The translations under genes and the position numbers were made by a program. DNA of 62,657 bases, counting the filler, from Nemertoderma westbladi (taxonomy: Eukaryota > Animalia > Xenacoelomorpha), in NCBI GenBank assembly GCA_032718475.1. It is 3 parts of 3 records of this genome, joined end to end, with 100 filler letters (N's around TTAATTAATTAA, not from the genome) between each part and the next. Parts side by side here need not be neighbours in the genome. Positions count along the whole stretch, not along the records: positions 28,385 to 53,251 come from JAUCBJ010006080.1; 2 more parts are not named here. One strand, 5' to 3'. Each line of letters starts with the position of its first letter. Position 1 is the first letter of the stretch. This document shows positions 30,728-42,869 of the stretch, one piece after another. Below the pieces are notes generated by a model. The model worked only from the letters and a program-made list of their open reading frames with translations. It did no database searches and was not told the origin of the DNA.

Positions 30728-33318
30728 CTTAAATCAGCTTTGAGGTAGGCTGCCATTTGTTGATTACCCTCTACCTACCCATGGCCTACATCCTTGCTGC
30801 TCCTTAAAGCAGCTTTTAGGTAGGCTGCCATTTGTTGATTACCCTCTACCTACCCATGGCCTACATCCTTTGAGGTAGGCTGCCATTTGTTGATTACCCT
30901 CTACCTACCCATGGCCTACATCCTTTGAGGTAGGCTGCCATTTGTTGATTACCCTCTACCTACCCATGGCCTACATCCTTTGAGGTAGGCTGCCATTTGT
31001 TGATTACCCTCTACCTACCCATGGCCTACACCCTTGCTGCTCCTTAAAGCAGCTTTGAGGTAGGCTGCCATTTGTTGATTACCCTCTACCTACCCTGGCC
31101 TACATCCTTGCTGCTCCTTAAAGCAGCTTTTAGGTAGGCTGCCATTTGTTGATTACCCTCCACCTACCCATGGCCTACATCCTTGCTGCTCCTTAAAGCA
31201 GCTTTGAGGTAGGCTGCCATTTGTTGATTACCCTCTACCTACCCTGGCCTACATCCTTGCTGCTCCTTAAAGCAGCTTTTAGGTAGGCTGCCATTTGTTG
31301 ATTACCCTCTACCTACCCATGGCCTACATCCTTGCTGCTCCTTAAAGCAGCTTTGAGGTAGGCTGCCATTTGTTGATTACCCTCTACCTACCCATGGCCT
31401 ACATCCTTACATCCTTGCTGCTCCTTAAAGCAGCTTTGAGGTAGGCTGCCATTTGTTGATTACCCTCTACCTACCCATGGCCTACATCCTTTTAGGTAGG
31501 CTGCCATTTGTTGATTACCCTCTACCTACCCATGGCCTACATCCTTGCTGCTCCTTAAAGCAGCTTTGAGGTAGGCTGCGATTTGTTGATTACCCTCTAC
31601 CTACCCATGGCCTACATCCTTGCTGCTCCTTAAAGCAGCTTTGAGGTAGGCTGCCATTTGTTGATTACCCTCTACCTACCCATGGCCTACATCCTTGCTG
31701 CTCCTTAAAGCAGCTTTTAGGTAGGCTGCCATTTGTTGATTACCCTCTACCTACCCATGGCCTACATCCTTGCTGCTCCTTAAAGCAGCTTTGAGGTAGG
31801 CTGCCATTTGTTGATTACCCTCTACCTACCCATGGCCTACATCCTTTTAGGTAGGCTGCCATTTGTTGATTACCCTCTACCTACCCATGGCCTACATCCT
31901 TTTAGGTAGGCTGCCATTTGTTGATTACCCTCTACCTACCCATGGCCTACATCCTTTTAGGTAGGCTGCCATTTGTTGATTACCCTCTACCTACCCATGG
32001 CCTACATCCTTGCTGCTCCTTAAAGCAGCTTTGAGGTAGGCTGCCATTTGTTGATTACCCTCTACCTACCCATGGCCTACATCCTTTTAGGTAGGCTGCC
32101 ATTTGTTGATTACCCTCTACCTACCCATGGCCTACATCCTTTTAGGTAGGCTGCCATTTGTTGATTACCCTCTACCTACCCATGGCCTACATCCTTGCTG
32201 CTCCTTAAAGCAGCTTTGAGGTAGGCTGCCATTTGTTGATTACCCTCTACCTACCCATGGCCTACATCCTTGCTGCTCCTTAAATCAGCTTTGAGGTAGG
32301 CTGCCATTTGTTGATTACCCTCTACCTACCCATGGCCTACATCCTTGCTGCTCCTTAAAGCAGCTTTGAGGTAGGCTGCCATTTGTTGATTACCCTCTAC
32401 CTACCCATGGCCTACACCCTTGCTGCTCCTTAAAGCAGCTTTTAGGTAGGCTGCCATTTGTTGATTACCCTCTACCTACCCTGGCCTACATCCTTGCTGC
32501 TCCTTAAAGCAGCTTTGAGGTAGGCTGCCATTTGTTGATTACCCTCCACCTATCCATGGCCTACATCATTTTAGGTAGGCTGCCATTTGTTGATTACCCT
32601 CTACCTACCCTGGCCTACATCCTTGCTGCTCCTTAAAGCAGCTTTGAGGTAGGCTGCCATTTGTTGATTACCCTCCACCTATCCATGGCCTACATCCTTT
32701 TAGGTAGGCTGCCATTTGTTGATGACCCTCTACCTACCCATGGCCTACATCCTTGCTGCTCCTTATAGCAGCTTTGAGGTAGGCTGCCATTTGTTGATTA
32801 CCCTCTACCTACCCATGGCCTACATCCTTGCTGCTCCTTATAGCAGCTTTGAGGTAGGCTGCCATTTGTTGATTACCCTCTACCTACCCATGGCCTACAT
32901 CCTTGCTGCTCCTTAAAGCAGCTTTGAGGTAGGCTGCCATTTGTTGATTACCCTCTACCTACCCATGGCCTACACCCTTGCTGCTCCTTAAAGCAGCTTT
33001 TAGGTAGGCTGCCATTTGTTGATTACCCTCTACCTACCCTGGCCTACATCCTTGCTGCTCCTTAAAGCAGCTTTGAGGTAGGCTGCCATTTGTTGATTAC
33101 CCTCCACCTATCCATGGCCTACATCATTTTAGGTAGGCTGCCATTTGTTGATTACCCTCTACCTACCCTGGCCTACATCCTTGCTGCTCCTTAAAGCAGC
33201 TTTGAGGTAGGCTGCCATTTGTTGATTACCCTCCACCTATCCATGGCCTACATCCTTTTAGGTAGGCTGCCATTTGTTGATGACCCTCTACCTACCCATG
33301 GCCTACATCCTTGCTGCT
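30728..33318. repeat. Minisatellite of mixed 75-bp and 55-bp units
   Basis: Core TTTGAGGTAGGCTGCCATTTGTTGATTACCCTCTACCTACCCATGGCCTACATCC, with or without TTGCTGCTCCTTAAAGCAGC. Confidence 0.97.
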
Positions 33319-34588
33319 TTCTTTAGTGCTCCTTCTATTGCATCATAAAGGTTTCCTCCTCAGTATTGACATAAAGACAAACATGGTGAATCAGCAACAC
33401 GCCATACAGTATATTTTAGCTTCTTTCAAATTTAAATCTCATCAAAATACAAAAACGGTATAAATAATGTAACGCCATCTAGAGAGGTTTACAAAAACAA
33501 TATTATAGCACAAAAATCATCATGGCCGCTGATTCGAGGATAGGACAGATTTACAGTATTTGAGTACTGTGAGTACAGATCAATTTAGCATAGATTTAGT
33601 ACAGTACCGCAGTAGTTGGTCTGCTATTAGTATTTTGAGTTTCCGTACATCTGTTTGTTATGAACTAACGAACTAATAGTTTTAGCCAGTTAGCAGCAGG
33701 TTTCTCCAGGGTAAGGGAAACCGGGATAACTAAAGTGGTAGATTGCCTTGGAACGCAAGATCTCTTTTTAGGGTCTTATATGCGGTATGTATCCCAGCCC
33801 AGTATCCGTCTGTCCGCCTAGTCCAATTTCTACACTTCAAGTATAGTCTACCTTCACAGACCCACGCCTTACCTAATCCTTCTCAATACTGGAGATATAC
33901 TGATGCATCAGCAAGGGATTACACTTAAAGGGAAATTTGAAAAAAATTTCGTAAGTATCTTGTGCTACAACTTACAAAGACTTGAAACACAGACTTATAT
34001 TCTGCTCTTTCTGGCTTTACTTTGATGGTAGTAGTATGGTGTCGCACTATTAGAAAAGTATTAATCAAATTCTCAAAGGGACGCTGCATAATTAGTTATA
34101 TCTTTCACTCGTAAAGGGGTTTGTGGTGCTGTGATAGATGATCATGATGCACCACATTGTTTTGTAATTTTTCTAAAACTTCAGTGCGGTATGATTTCCA
34201 ACCCACACGCAAACAGCTGTTACTATTTTGCTGTACAATGAATATAACATATAATAATAGCAGGGAAAATCAACAGAAATTTAAATCCTTATGGGAAGTT
34301 ACTATCAATAAGTTATCATAAGGTGAAACTTGAACATAAGGTGAAAGCGGTTTGTCGAGAACTTAACGACTGTCATTAAGTAAAATGTATAGTTTCTAAC
34401 GGAATGGAACGTTGAGTGCACATTTAACACCAAATTTTAAAATTATATTAAAAATAAGAAACTTTAGAGGTTAAATAATAAAACAGAATAATGTGATGTA
34501 TTTTGCTAAGAATATCTTGTGTTGTAAAAATAGGAACACAGTATTCTAGTTAAATCATATGATTATATTTTACTGCGACTGCTTGGAA

Positions 34589-35790
34589 GTTCACATACAT
34601 TTAGTCGGTCGCTGATCGGTTCACATACATTTAGTCGGTCGCTGATTGGTTCACATACATTTAGTCGATCGCTGATTGGTTTACATACATTTAGTCGATC
34701 GCTGATTGGTTTACATACATTTAGTCGATCGCTGATTGGTTCACATACATTTAGTCGGTCGCTGAAAGGTTCACATACATTTAGTCGATCGTGATTGGTT
34801 TACATACATTAAGTCGGTCGCCGATTGGTTCACATACATTTAGTCGGTCGCTGATTGGTTCACATACATTTAGTCGATCGCTGATTGGTTTACATACATT
34901 TAGTCGATCGCTGATTGGTTTACATACATTTAGTCGATCGCTGATTGGTTCACATACATTTAGTCGATCGCTATTGGTTCACATATGTTTAGTCGGTCGC
35001 TGATTGGTTCACATACATTTAGTCGGTCGCTGATTGGTTCACATACATTTAGTCGATCGCTGATTGGTTCACATACATTTAGTCGGTCGCTGATTGGTTC
35101 ACATACATTTAGTCGATCGCTGATTGGTTCACATACATTTAGTCGGTCGCTGATTGGTTCACATACATTTAGTCGGTCGTTGATTGGTTCACATACATTT
35201 AGTCGATCGCTGATTGGTTCACATACATTTAGTCGGTCGCTGATTGGTTCACATACATCTAGTCGATCGCTGATTGGTTCACATACATTTAGTCGGTCGC
35301 TGATTGGTTCACATACATTTAGTCGATCGCTGATTGGTTTACATACATTTAGTCGGTCGCTGATTGGTTCACATACATCTAGTCGATCGCTGATTGGTTC
35401 ACATACATTTAGTCGGTCTCTGATTGGTTTACATACATTTAGTCGGTCGCTGATTGGTTCACATACATCTAGTCGATCGCTGATTGGTTCACATACATTT
35501 AGTCGGTCGCTGATTGGTTCACATACATCTAGTCGATCGCTGATTGGTTCACATACATTTAGTCGGTCGCTGATTGGTTCACATACATCTAGTCGATCGC
35601 TGATTGGTTCACATACATTTAGTCGGTCGCTGATTGGTTCACATACATCTAGTCGATCGCTGATTGGTTCACATACATTTAGTCGGTCGCTGATTGGTTC
35701 ACATACATTTAGTCGATCGCTGATTGGTTCACATACATTTAGTCGGTCGGTGATTGGTTCACATACATTTAGTCGGTCGCTGATTGGTTC
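34589..35790. repeat. 30-bp minisatellite (~40 units)
   Basis: Unit CTGATTGGTTCACATACATTTAGTCGRTCG. Confidence 0.97.
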
Positions 35791-36058
35791 TTGCTGTTAC
35801 ATTTCTACTGAATTTTATTTTATTTTAGGATCTTCTGATAGATCTAGAATGAAGATAAAAATACAAGCCTAGAAACTTCGAAATGGAGAATCTGAAAAGT
35901 GAAAAGTGCATCAGACGTCTAACATCTGTCGAACATACATAGAATAATAAACTGTTACCAAGCAACAATCACGATTATAATTATTACATAATATAAATTT
36001 AGTTACAATTTTAGTTATAATTTTGTCGATAATCAATTAAAAATCTGTTCAAAATATG

Positions 36059-36158
36059 ATTATTATATTAATGTATATATTATTATATTAATGTATATAT
36101 TATTATATTAATGTATATATTATTATATTAATGTATATATTATTATATTAATGTATAT
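36059..36158. repeat. 20-bp AT-rich tandem repeat
   Basis: TATTATATTAATGTATATAT x5. Confidence 0.9.
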
Positions 36159-36877
36159 TAATACCGAAACTGCCTGTATAGGATGAGTATTTATCAAAAG
36201 TTTTGCTATTTGCTATCTATAGTATCTATCTATGTATGTTTGTGCCATAAATCAGCCGTTATTCGCACTGTTATGAGACTTTACCTAGTTATAAAGGTCG
36301 TCTGACAACGTTTAAGCAATAGATTTTCCGAAAAAATAATAGACATACAAGCGCCGCGAGGGTAATAATGTAGACGAGTTTTCCGTTGACTATACACCGA
36401 AACCACCTGGTTCCGCATATTTAACGATATTTAATTTTTTGATCAGTATCGGTAGTGGAATATTGTAAGTTATATATTTGGTGACGAGATGTACAGGACG
36501 AGCGCAATGATGGTACCAATGGAGACAGAGTACTCAGTACTGAGATCGTTTCATGCTGATCGTTGCGTCTCTAATGGGCAAATCTATATTTGCCTCGGAA
36601 GACGAAAATCCCACTCCTAAACAATGTCTAACACATCAGGGCTATCTTCTGCCTGGAAGCTGTTCAAAGGGAATCACGCAGGCCATTTATGTTTCGCAAA
36701 AGTGTAACTTGGCTCCTCATTTTTATTAGTAACACAAAGGTTCGTGTGAGATTTTTTTTATTTTTCAAGTCCTCTCAAGAGCCAGAAAGTCAATCAGAAA
36801 GTGAGAAAGTTAATATTGTAAAATATATATGATTCGATCTAATCATATCCATTCGACACACATCCATTCGAAGTCCA

Positions 36878-37050
36878 ATGGGGAGTCCTTCAGGGTGAAA
36901 CACTTGCACCATTCTTATTCATAATTGTGGTAGACTGTGTTCTACGCATGTCCTGAGATCATCATAATGACGAATGATGTTGGTAACACAACCTACTGGT
37001 TCCAGAGCTAAGAAACTGATCTAAAATTTCCTGATGACTTATATGAGTAC
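36878..37050 (+). mobile_element. Degenerate RTE-like family A RT fragment
   Basis: GVLQGETLAPFLFIIVVD through DDL, homologous to ~45325-45512 with deletions. Confidence 0.7.
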
Positions 37051-37055
37051 TACTC

Positions 37056-37867
37056 TCTACTACTAGGATCGGCATGCTGCATTGCAGCTGCATTTTTAAG
37101 AATGCTGTGCCGGCTTGTCGACAAAATTGCGCCGCCACAACTCAGCAATGACATTTGCTAGATCATCCGCATCTTCAAGGCCAGTGTCCTTTAAGATGCG
37201 TCTCAAGAAAGTCATGGGCTGTCCACCATGCTTATTCACTCCTTGAGGCTGCCAAAGTACAAGATTATGCACTGGCTGGTCCTCACGGCGAAAGCAATTT
37301 CCTGCAAAGCGGAGGCGATTTTGTTCTAGTGTCAAGCTTAGGGGAACCAATGAAACACCTCCAATGTTATATAGTGTCTGGTTAGAGATGTGTGCATTGT
37401 ACTTGACACAATGAACCCGGCGTAGCATTCTTGTGAATGTGCCATCCAGAGATTTGGTGTCCTTAGCAGTTAGAGCCCAGCATGGACTCCCATAGAGGAG
37501 TACTGGAACTACTGCTGCTCTAAATAATCGGACCTTAAGTTTCCGATTAATTCTCGGTGATTTCCAAATACTGGAAAGCCTATTCAAGGCTGCCCATGCC
37601 TTTCCCTTACGTATTCGAAGGTCCTCACCTGACTTTCGGATCCATGATCCCAGGTAACAGAAGTCGTCCAAATGCTCAAGCATACCATCCTTTGAGCTTA
37701 TGCTCATCCGATCAGAGACTTGCTGAGGACTTTCAAAGTTTACTGTCAAAATTTTGGTCTTTCTGGAGTTAATAAAAAGACCAACACTAGAAGCAGCATG
37801 TTCTAATGAGCTGAGGAGCCGTTGGGCTCCCTCTAGTGATTCTTAGAGTACTCCTAAGTCATCAGCA
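37056..37867 (-). mobile_element. 5'-truncated RTE-like family A copy
   Basis: Near-identical reverse complement of ~45495-46310, including the 3' UTR and TAG tail. Contains ORF 37096-37749. Confidence 0.92.
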
Positions 37868-38046
37868 GGGGGGTCGATAACAGCACAATACACAATAACC
37901 TCTAACAATCAGTCCGTTTGCCACCAGTTACACCACAGTTGTACAACATAAACCCACAGCAGTACGTTTTTCATACTGTACATAACAATAACATAACACT
38001 GATAATTTTCTACAACCCCCTCCACACTAGTAACTTCCTATTCTAT

Positions 38047-38385
38047 CTAACTGCTGAGGACACCAAATCTCAGGATGGCATTTTCACAAGAATGCTACAT
38101 CGGGTTCACTGTGTCAAGTACAATGGACACATATCCAATCAGACACTATATAACATTGGAAATTTCCCCCTAGTCTCAAAAAGTTCACCACTTGAATATA
38201 ACCACCCCCGCTTTGCAGGTCATGGATCCACTGCAAAACCAGCCAGTCCAGTGCATAATGTTGTGCTTTGGTGCCCTCATGGAGAGAATAAGTATGGTGG
38301 ACAGACACCCCATGATTTTCTTGAGATGCCTCTTAAGGTACACTGGACTTGAAGATCGAGATGATGTAGCAAATTACAGAGGCAC
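38047..38385 (+). mobile_element. Older diverged RTE-like family A fragment
   Basis: LTAEDTKSQDGIFTRMLHRVHCVKYN, homologous to ~45887-46215. Confidence 0.8.
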
Positions 38386-38574
38386 CAGTGATACGTCGGT
38401 ATGGGTTTGGTTGTAGTTTGTAAGATATGGTGTAGTTTGTAAAGTAATAGTTGTGTGAAGGGGCTCTGCATTGTTCAGTTTTATTGGAAAGAGTCTTAAT
38501 TGTTGAATTCAAAAAGACACTTTTGCTCTATAACATATAAATTACACTGTAATCAGTAACTATTAATTTTTTCG

Positions 38575-39089
38575 CAATTCGAATCCATCGATTCTTTATT
38601 CAAGTGATTTCGTCAGTGTCCAGTTCTCACCCCCATATAAAAATACACTTTCCACTGTGGCTCGAAAGAACTTACTCTTCAGGTGCGTGGAGAGATCTGA
38701 TATCCAGATGGTATCCATTTTTGATAGAGCTACCCATGCCTTTGATTTCCTAACTTCTAGGTACTGGAAGTCGTCAACCTTCCTTAGTTGATTATTATCA
38801 ATTATTGTTGTCAAGTTTCCAAAAGTCAATAATTCGGTCTTGGTAGCATTTATATGCAATCCAACCTCCTTAGCAGCCCTCTCCACTTTATTCATTAGAA
38901 GCTGTGCATCTGCTAGTGTATTAGAGAGCAGGGCGTTGTCATCCACAAAGTCGGTGTCTGTGACTGTATTTGCCGGATATCTACTACTTCTGCGTTCTTG
39001 TAGTGGGAATCCCAGATCTTCACCCTTTGTGGCCGTCCTCATTGCGTAATCCAGTACAATTACAAATAGTAATGACGGCAATGTGTCAC
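38575..39089 (-). mobile_element. RTE-like family B RT fragment
   Basis: GDTLPSLLFVIVLDY, DTDFVDD and FFRATVESVFLYG, homologous to ~54817-55305. Confidence 0.85.
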
Positions 39090-39240
39090 CAGGGCCGGAT
39101 TTAGATTGTGGGAGATCCTCTACCATGCGAGCGAAATTTTTCCAATGTTGTTCGGTATTGTAAATATGAAATGGCTTTGTTTGACTCTTTTAAGTGTTAA
39201 CGGCTTGGCTTTTGGAGCCCCTCTGCCCCGGAGGCCCTTA
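39090..39240 (+). mobile_element. Possible hAT-like MITE end truncating the RT fragment
   Basis: Begins CAGGGCCGGATTTAG exactly where RT homology stops. No matching second TIR was found. Confidence 0.3.
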
Positions 39241-40865
39241 CACAGGACCTGTAATAATTTTAATTGTAAGGGATTTTATCAGATATTTCCGCAAATTTAT
39301 TATAATAATGTATTAACATAATAATTGTATAATAATCAGTTAATTCTAGTGACATATCACTTCCAACTTTTGCGGGACTCGTTGGATATACCCCGATATT
39401 TTAGTGAATCTGTTGTATCCTTATACCTATTAGTGCGGTTAAGAGAAAAGGAATTCCGGTTCATCAATTATCATCTGCGTTCACTTCATTGGTTAAACTT
39501 CTTTTCCCCACAGTAGTGGCATCTCGGGAGGGTTTTGCGACCCCCAAAGCCGAACCGGTTTCGTGCTGTCCAGGTCCCAAATTGTTTGGGTTCTTTGCAA
39601 CTCACTGTAACCAATAGAACACAGTAGATGCATGACTTCTTGGCTTTGACGCAACAGCATCTCGTATTATTACAGCCTCCCCGCGTGGTGCACTGGCAAC
39701 ACCACTACGATTTGGAGAATGGAATGCCAAGATCTAGATCTTTCTGGTTTGGTTTAAAACCATTCATTACAGCAAATTATAGTTGTAGCTAGCTATTTAA
39801 TTTTTGAGCGTTACGTTTTTTTTCTTTCTATTATTTAGTATTTATTAGTGCTGTTTAGATAGTGTTTTTTTTATTTATAATCAGCGGTATGCTTATACAA
39901 TATCTCTATTGGGTATCTATTCATGCATAAACAAAATGTTAAAGGCTACTTATTCAATTGTAAATCAGTAGCCTCCCAAACCATAGTTGATTGGATAATA
40001 AATTCAGAGTCGCAGAAGTATGAAGTTCTTGTCTCTTCATGTAGAATATGTGTAGGATGTAGTGGTGGTCGCTCCGTGTGATACCTGGGGGAAAAGTAAT
40101 GATAATAAGATTACTGACTGTTTTGATAAGTACTACTGTACTACAACTGTACCAGGAGCCAGGAGTTCGGTACTGACTGACTGATGGCATTCTTATATAT
40201 ATATATCTGTATATCGCATTGCTTGTTATATATATTGTATATGTATTGAACATCTGAATGGTATTACACTGACTTTATGAGATAACGATATTATATGTTG
40301 TTTATCCAACTACCTTCGTTATAAGGATATTAGCTCTGGACCATACTCACTCATTCACTTGAAAAGTTGGAAGATTGTCATTAAAAAACGATAAATATAT
40401 CCTTTCGAAAAACTGATGATTTAATTAACAAACAATAACCATGGATTGGTGGCAGCTTCATAAACACTGCTATGAGGTATTCTCCGGGATTTGTTCTCTC
40501 ATGCATCTGTCATTCTCGAGTACCTCTAGTGTTCCCTAAGGTTATGTTTATCAAAAGGAGTGTGCTTGGTCTAGAACCCCAAAAAATAATATGCTTACAC
40601 TTTGCGAATAAGACACATACTAAGTTACATCTGGGTGACAGACACACATACACGCAAGGTTTATTTGAGAGACAGAACCCCACATGGTTGTGCCTAATAT
40701 CAATAATCCTTCAATGGTTGGATACATATTTGAGATGCATTTCATCAATATCATTACACACATCTCATTCTGAATAAATATGTCATGCTATTTCAAAGTG
40801 TTTTCTAGCTATTTGAATAACACTTTACTTGGACGTTTATTTATGGTATTTATACTACAATTTAA

Positions 40866-42488
40866 CCCTATTAGTACCGGGCTATAAAATGTTGTACAAA
40901 TAACGGGGGGGGGGGGGGGTCATATTGACCCCCCCCCCCCCACCCCCCCTCTAAAATCTACAAATTTTTACGAAAACGTCTGATTTCTTGTTTGTACATA
41001 GGTATCACTAGTCTGGATCCGACCGAAAAATGTACTGGGGTGGTTATATTGCAGGACCAAAATTACAAGTAGTGCACAATTTTCACAAAATTTGTAAGTT
41101 ACATTTTTCGGCTAATTATTTTTCAATAAGGGTTTTCTGGGGCGCAAAATACATTGGTAAATATTTAAAAATTATATGATTACTATAAATGGCTGTTAAG
41201 TCCTCTCTGTGTAGGAACAAAAGGAAAAAAACAAGTAACCAGCGCTTTTCAGTTAGAACACAAAATTTTTAATTCACTTATACGATGCTATAAATTCACA
41301 TTTTCAGGTTTTATAGGGCGCTGATTCTAATGGAATACATTTCCAATATGCCAGATCAATGCTACTTGTATTTTTCGGCGTAATTTGGCGAATTTTGGTG
41401 CTAGCACCAAATTTCGTACCCATCACCAAAAAGTACAAGGTTGCGATGTCCAGTGCTGTTTTTATTGATTCCATCGGATTCAGGACCCTCATAAACCCGT
41501 ATAACGCAAGAAACAAGATGATACTATCTACTGATAAATTTGCTTATTTTCCAAAATTTGGTGCTGGCACAACAATTTTCACCCACCGGCGAAAAATACA
41601 AGTTTGAAAACTCTTATGAAATTTTTACTGATTCCATTGACTTCAGAACCCTCACAAACCCGTATAACGCAATAAACAAGGTGACACAATAAATTGCTAT
41701 ATTTGATGGTTGTCAAAATTTGGTGCTAGCACCACATTTTGCAACACACTTCCGAATGATATATTTGATGGTTTTCAAAATTTGGTGCTAGCACCACATT
41801 TTGCACCCACTTCCGAAAAATACAAGTTTGAGATGTCTAGTTCGATAATTATATATTCCATTGAATTCAGAACAGCCATAAACCTCTAAAACGCAAGAAA
41901 TAAATTGTCACAAGCAATTTTATCTATTGAATGGATTTTCAAAATTTCGTGCTAGCACCAAAATTTGCACACAGCCCCGAAAAAGACAAGTTTGATACGC
42001 TTGGTGCAACTCGTATATATCTCATTGAAACCAGAACCCCAAAATACCCCAATTGCGTAAATAACAAGTTTGAAACAATCAATTTACAAAATTGACATAT
42101 TTCAAAATTTGGTGCTGGCACCAAAATTTGGCGCCCGCCGAAGAAAACAAGTTTGAAATTTCTAAATCAATTTATATGAATTCCATCCAATTGCTAACAC
42201 CAAAAAACCGGTGTAAATCAAAAATAGAGATGTTACAATTCATATTTAATGAAATGTAATTTTCAAAAAACGTCTCAAAAAAAGTGCCAAAAGTAGGGTT
42301 AAAAAATGGTGCTATAACTCAAAAACTACCCAATATTTTTGAAAACCGTTTTCACTACTAGGAAGACTATAGATGTTTAGGAAAAGTCATAAAATTTGAG
42401 ATTCCCAACAGTGTTTGTTTCAGAATTATAATAAAAAACCACGGGGGGGTAATATTGAGCCCCCCCCCCCCCTCCGAGTTTAATAGGG
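40866..42488. mobile_element. Non-autonomous piggyBac-like element (~1.6 kb)
   Basis: TTAA TSDs (40862-40865 and 42489-42492), CCCTATTA/TAATAGGG TIRs, subterminal G-tract/C-tract palindromes at both ends, and internal repeats containing AAATTTGGTGCTRGCACCA. Confidence 0.85.
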
Positions 42489-42869
42489 TTAACCCCATTG
42501 CTATTTCAAAATTGCGAGAAACTTTCGTATCTAAACAGTTAGTTATACTGAGAGTGCTTAAATAAAACTTTGAGTAAAACAAGATATTTCAGATATTTTT
42601 TGTTATGTAGGTTTGTATGTTCATTTTTTAGAAAAAATTTATATTTAAAATCGGATTATAAAAGCTTTATAGCCCCTTATAACCTTTTGATGTATAATTA
42701 ATAAACCCACTCAATGATTCTCGCTCAAAAAGTTATACTTATCGGTTTCAGCAGGATTTAAAGCAATAATTTATTTTATGTTATAAATAGTTTATTATAT
42801 TTAAATAACCATATATTTTTCTCTAAGAACGCATATATTGTTCGAAGAAGCAAATATTGGTTTCGAAAA

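Noticed and set aside
30728-35872. CRISPR-like appearance and ORFs (32716-32916, 34985-35872) in the minisatellites
   Set aside because: No unique spacers, no cas genes and a eukaryotic context. The ORFs are translations of repeat units with no unique domain.
36400-36720. Possible Helitron/PIF1 helicase remnant on minus strand (SQVTLLRNINGL)
   Set aside because: A single short motif amid stops; insufficient without a search.
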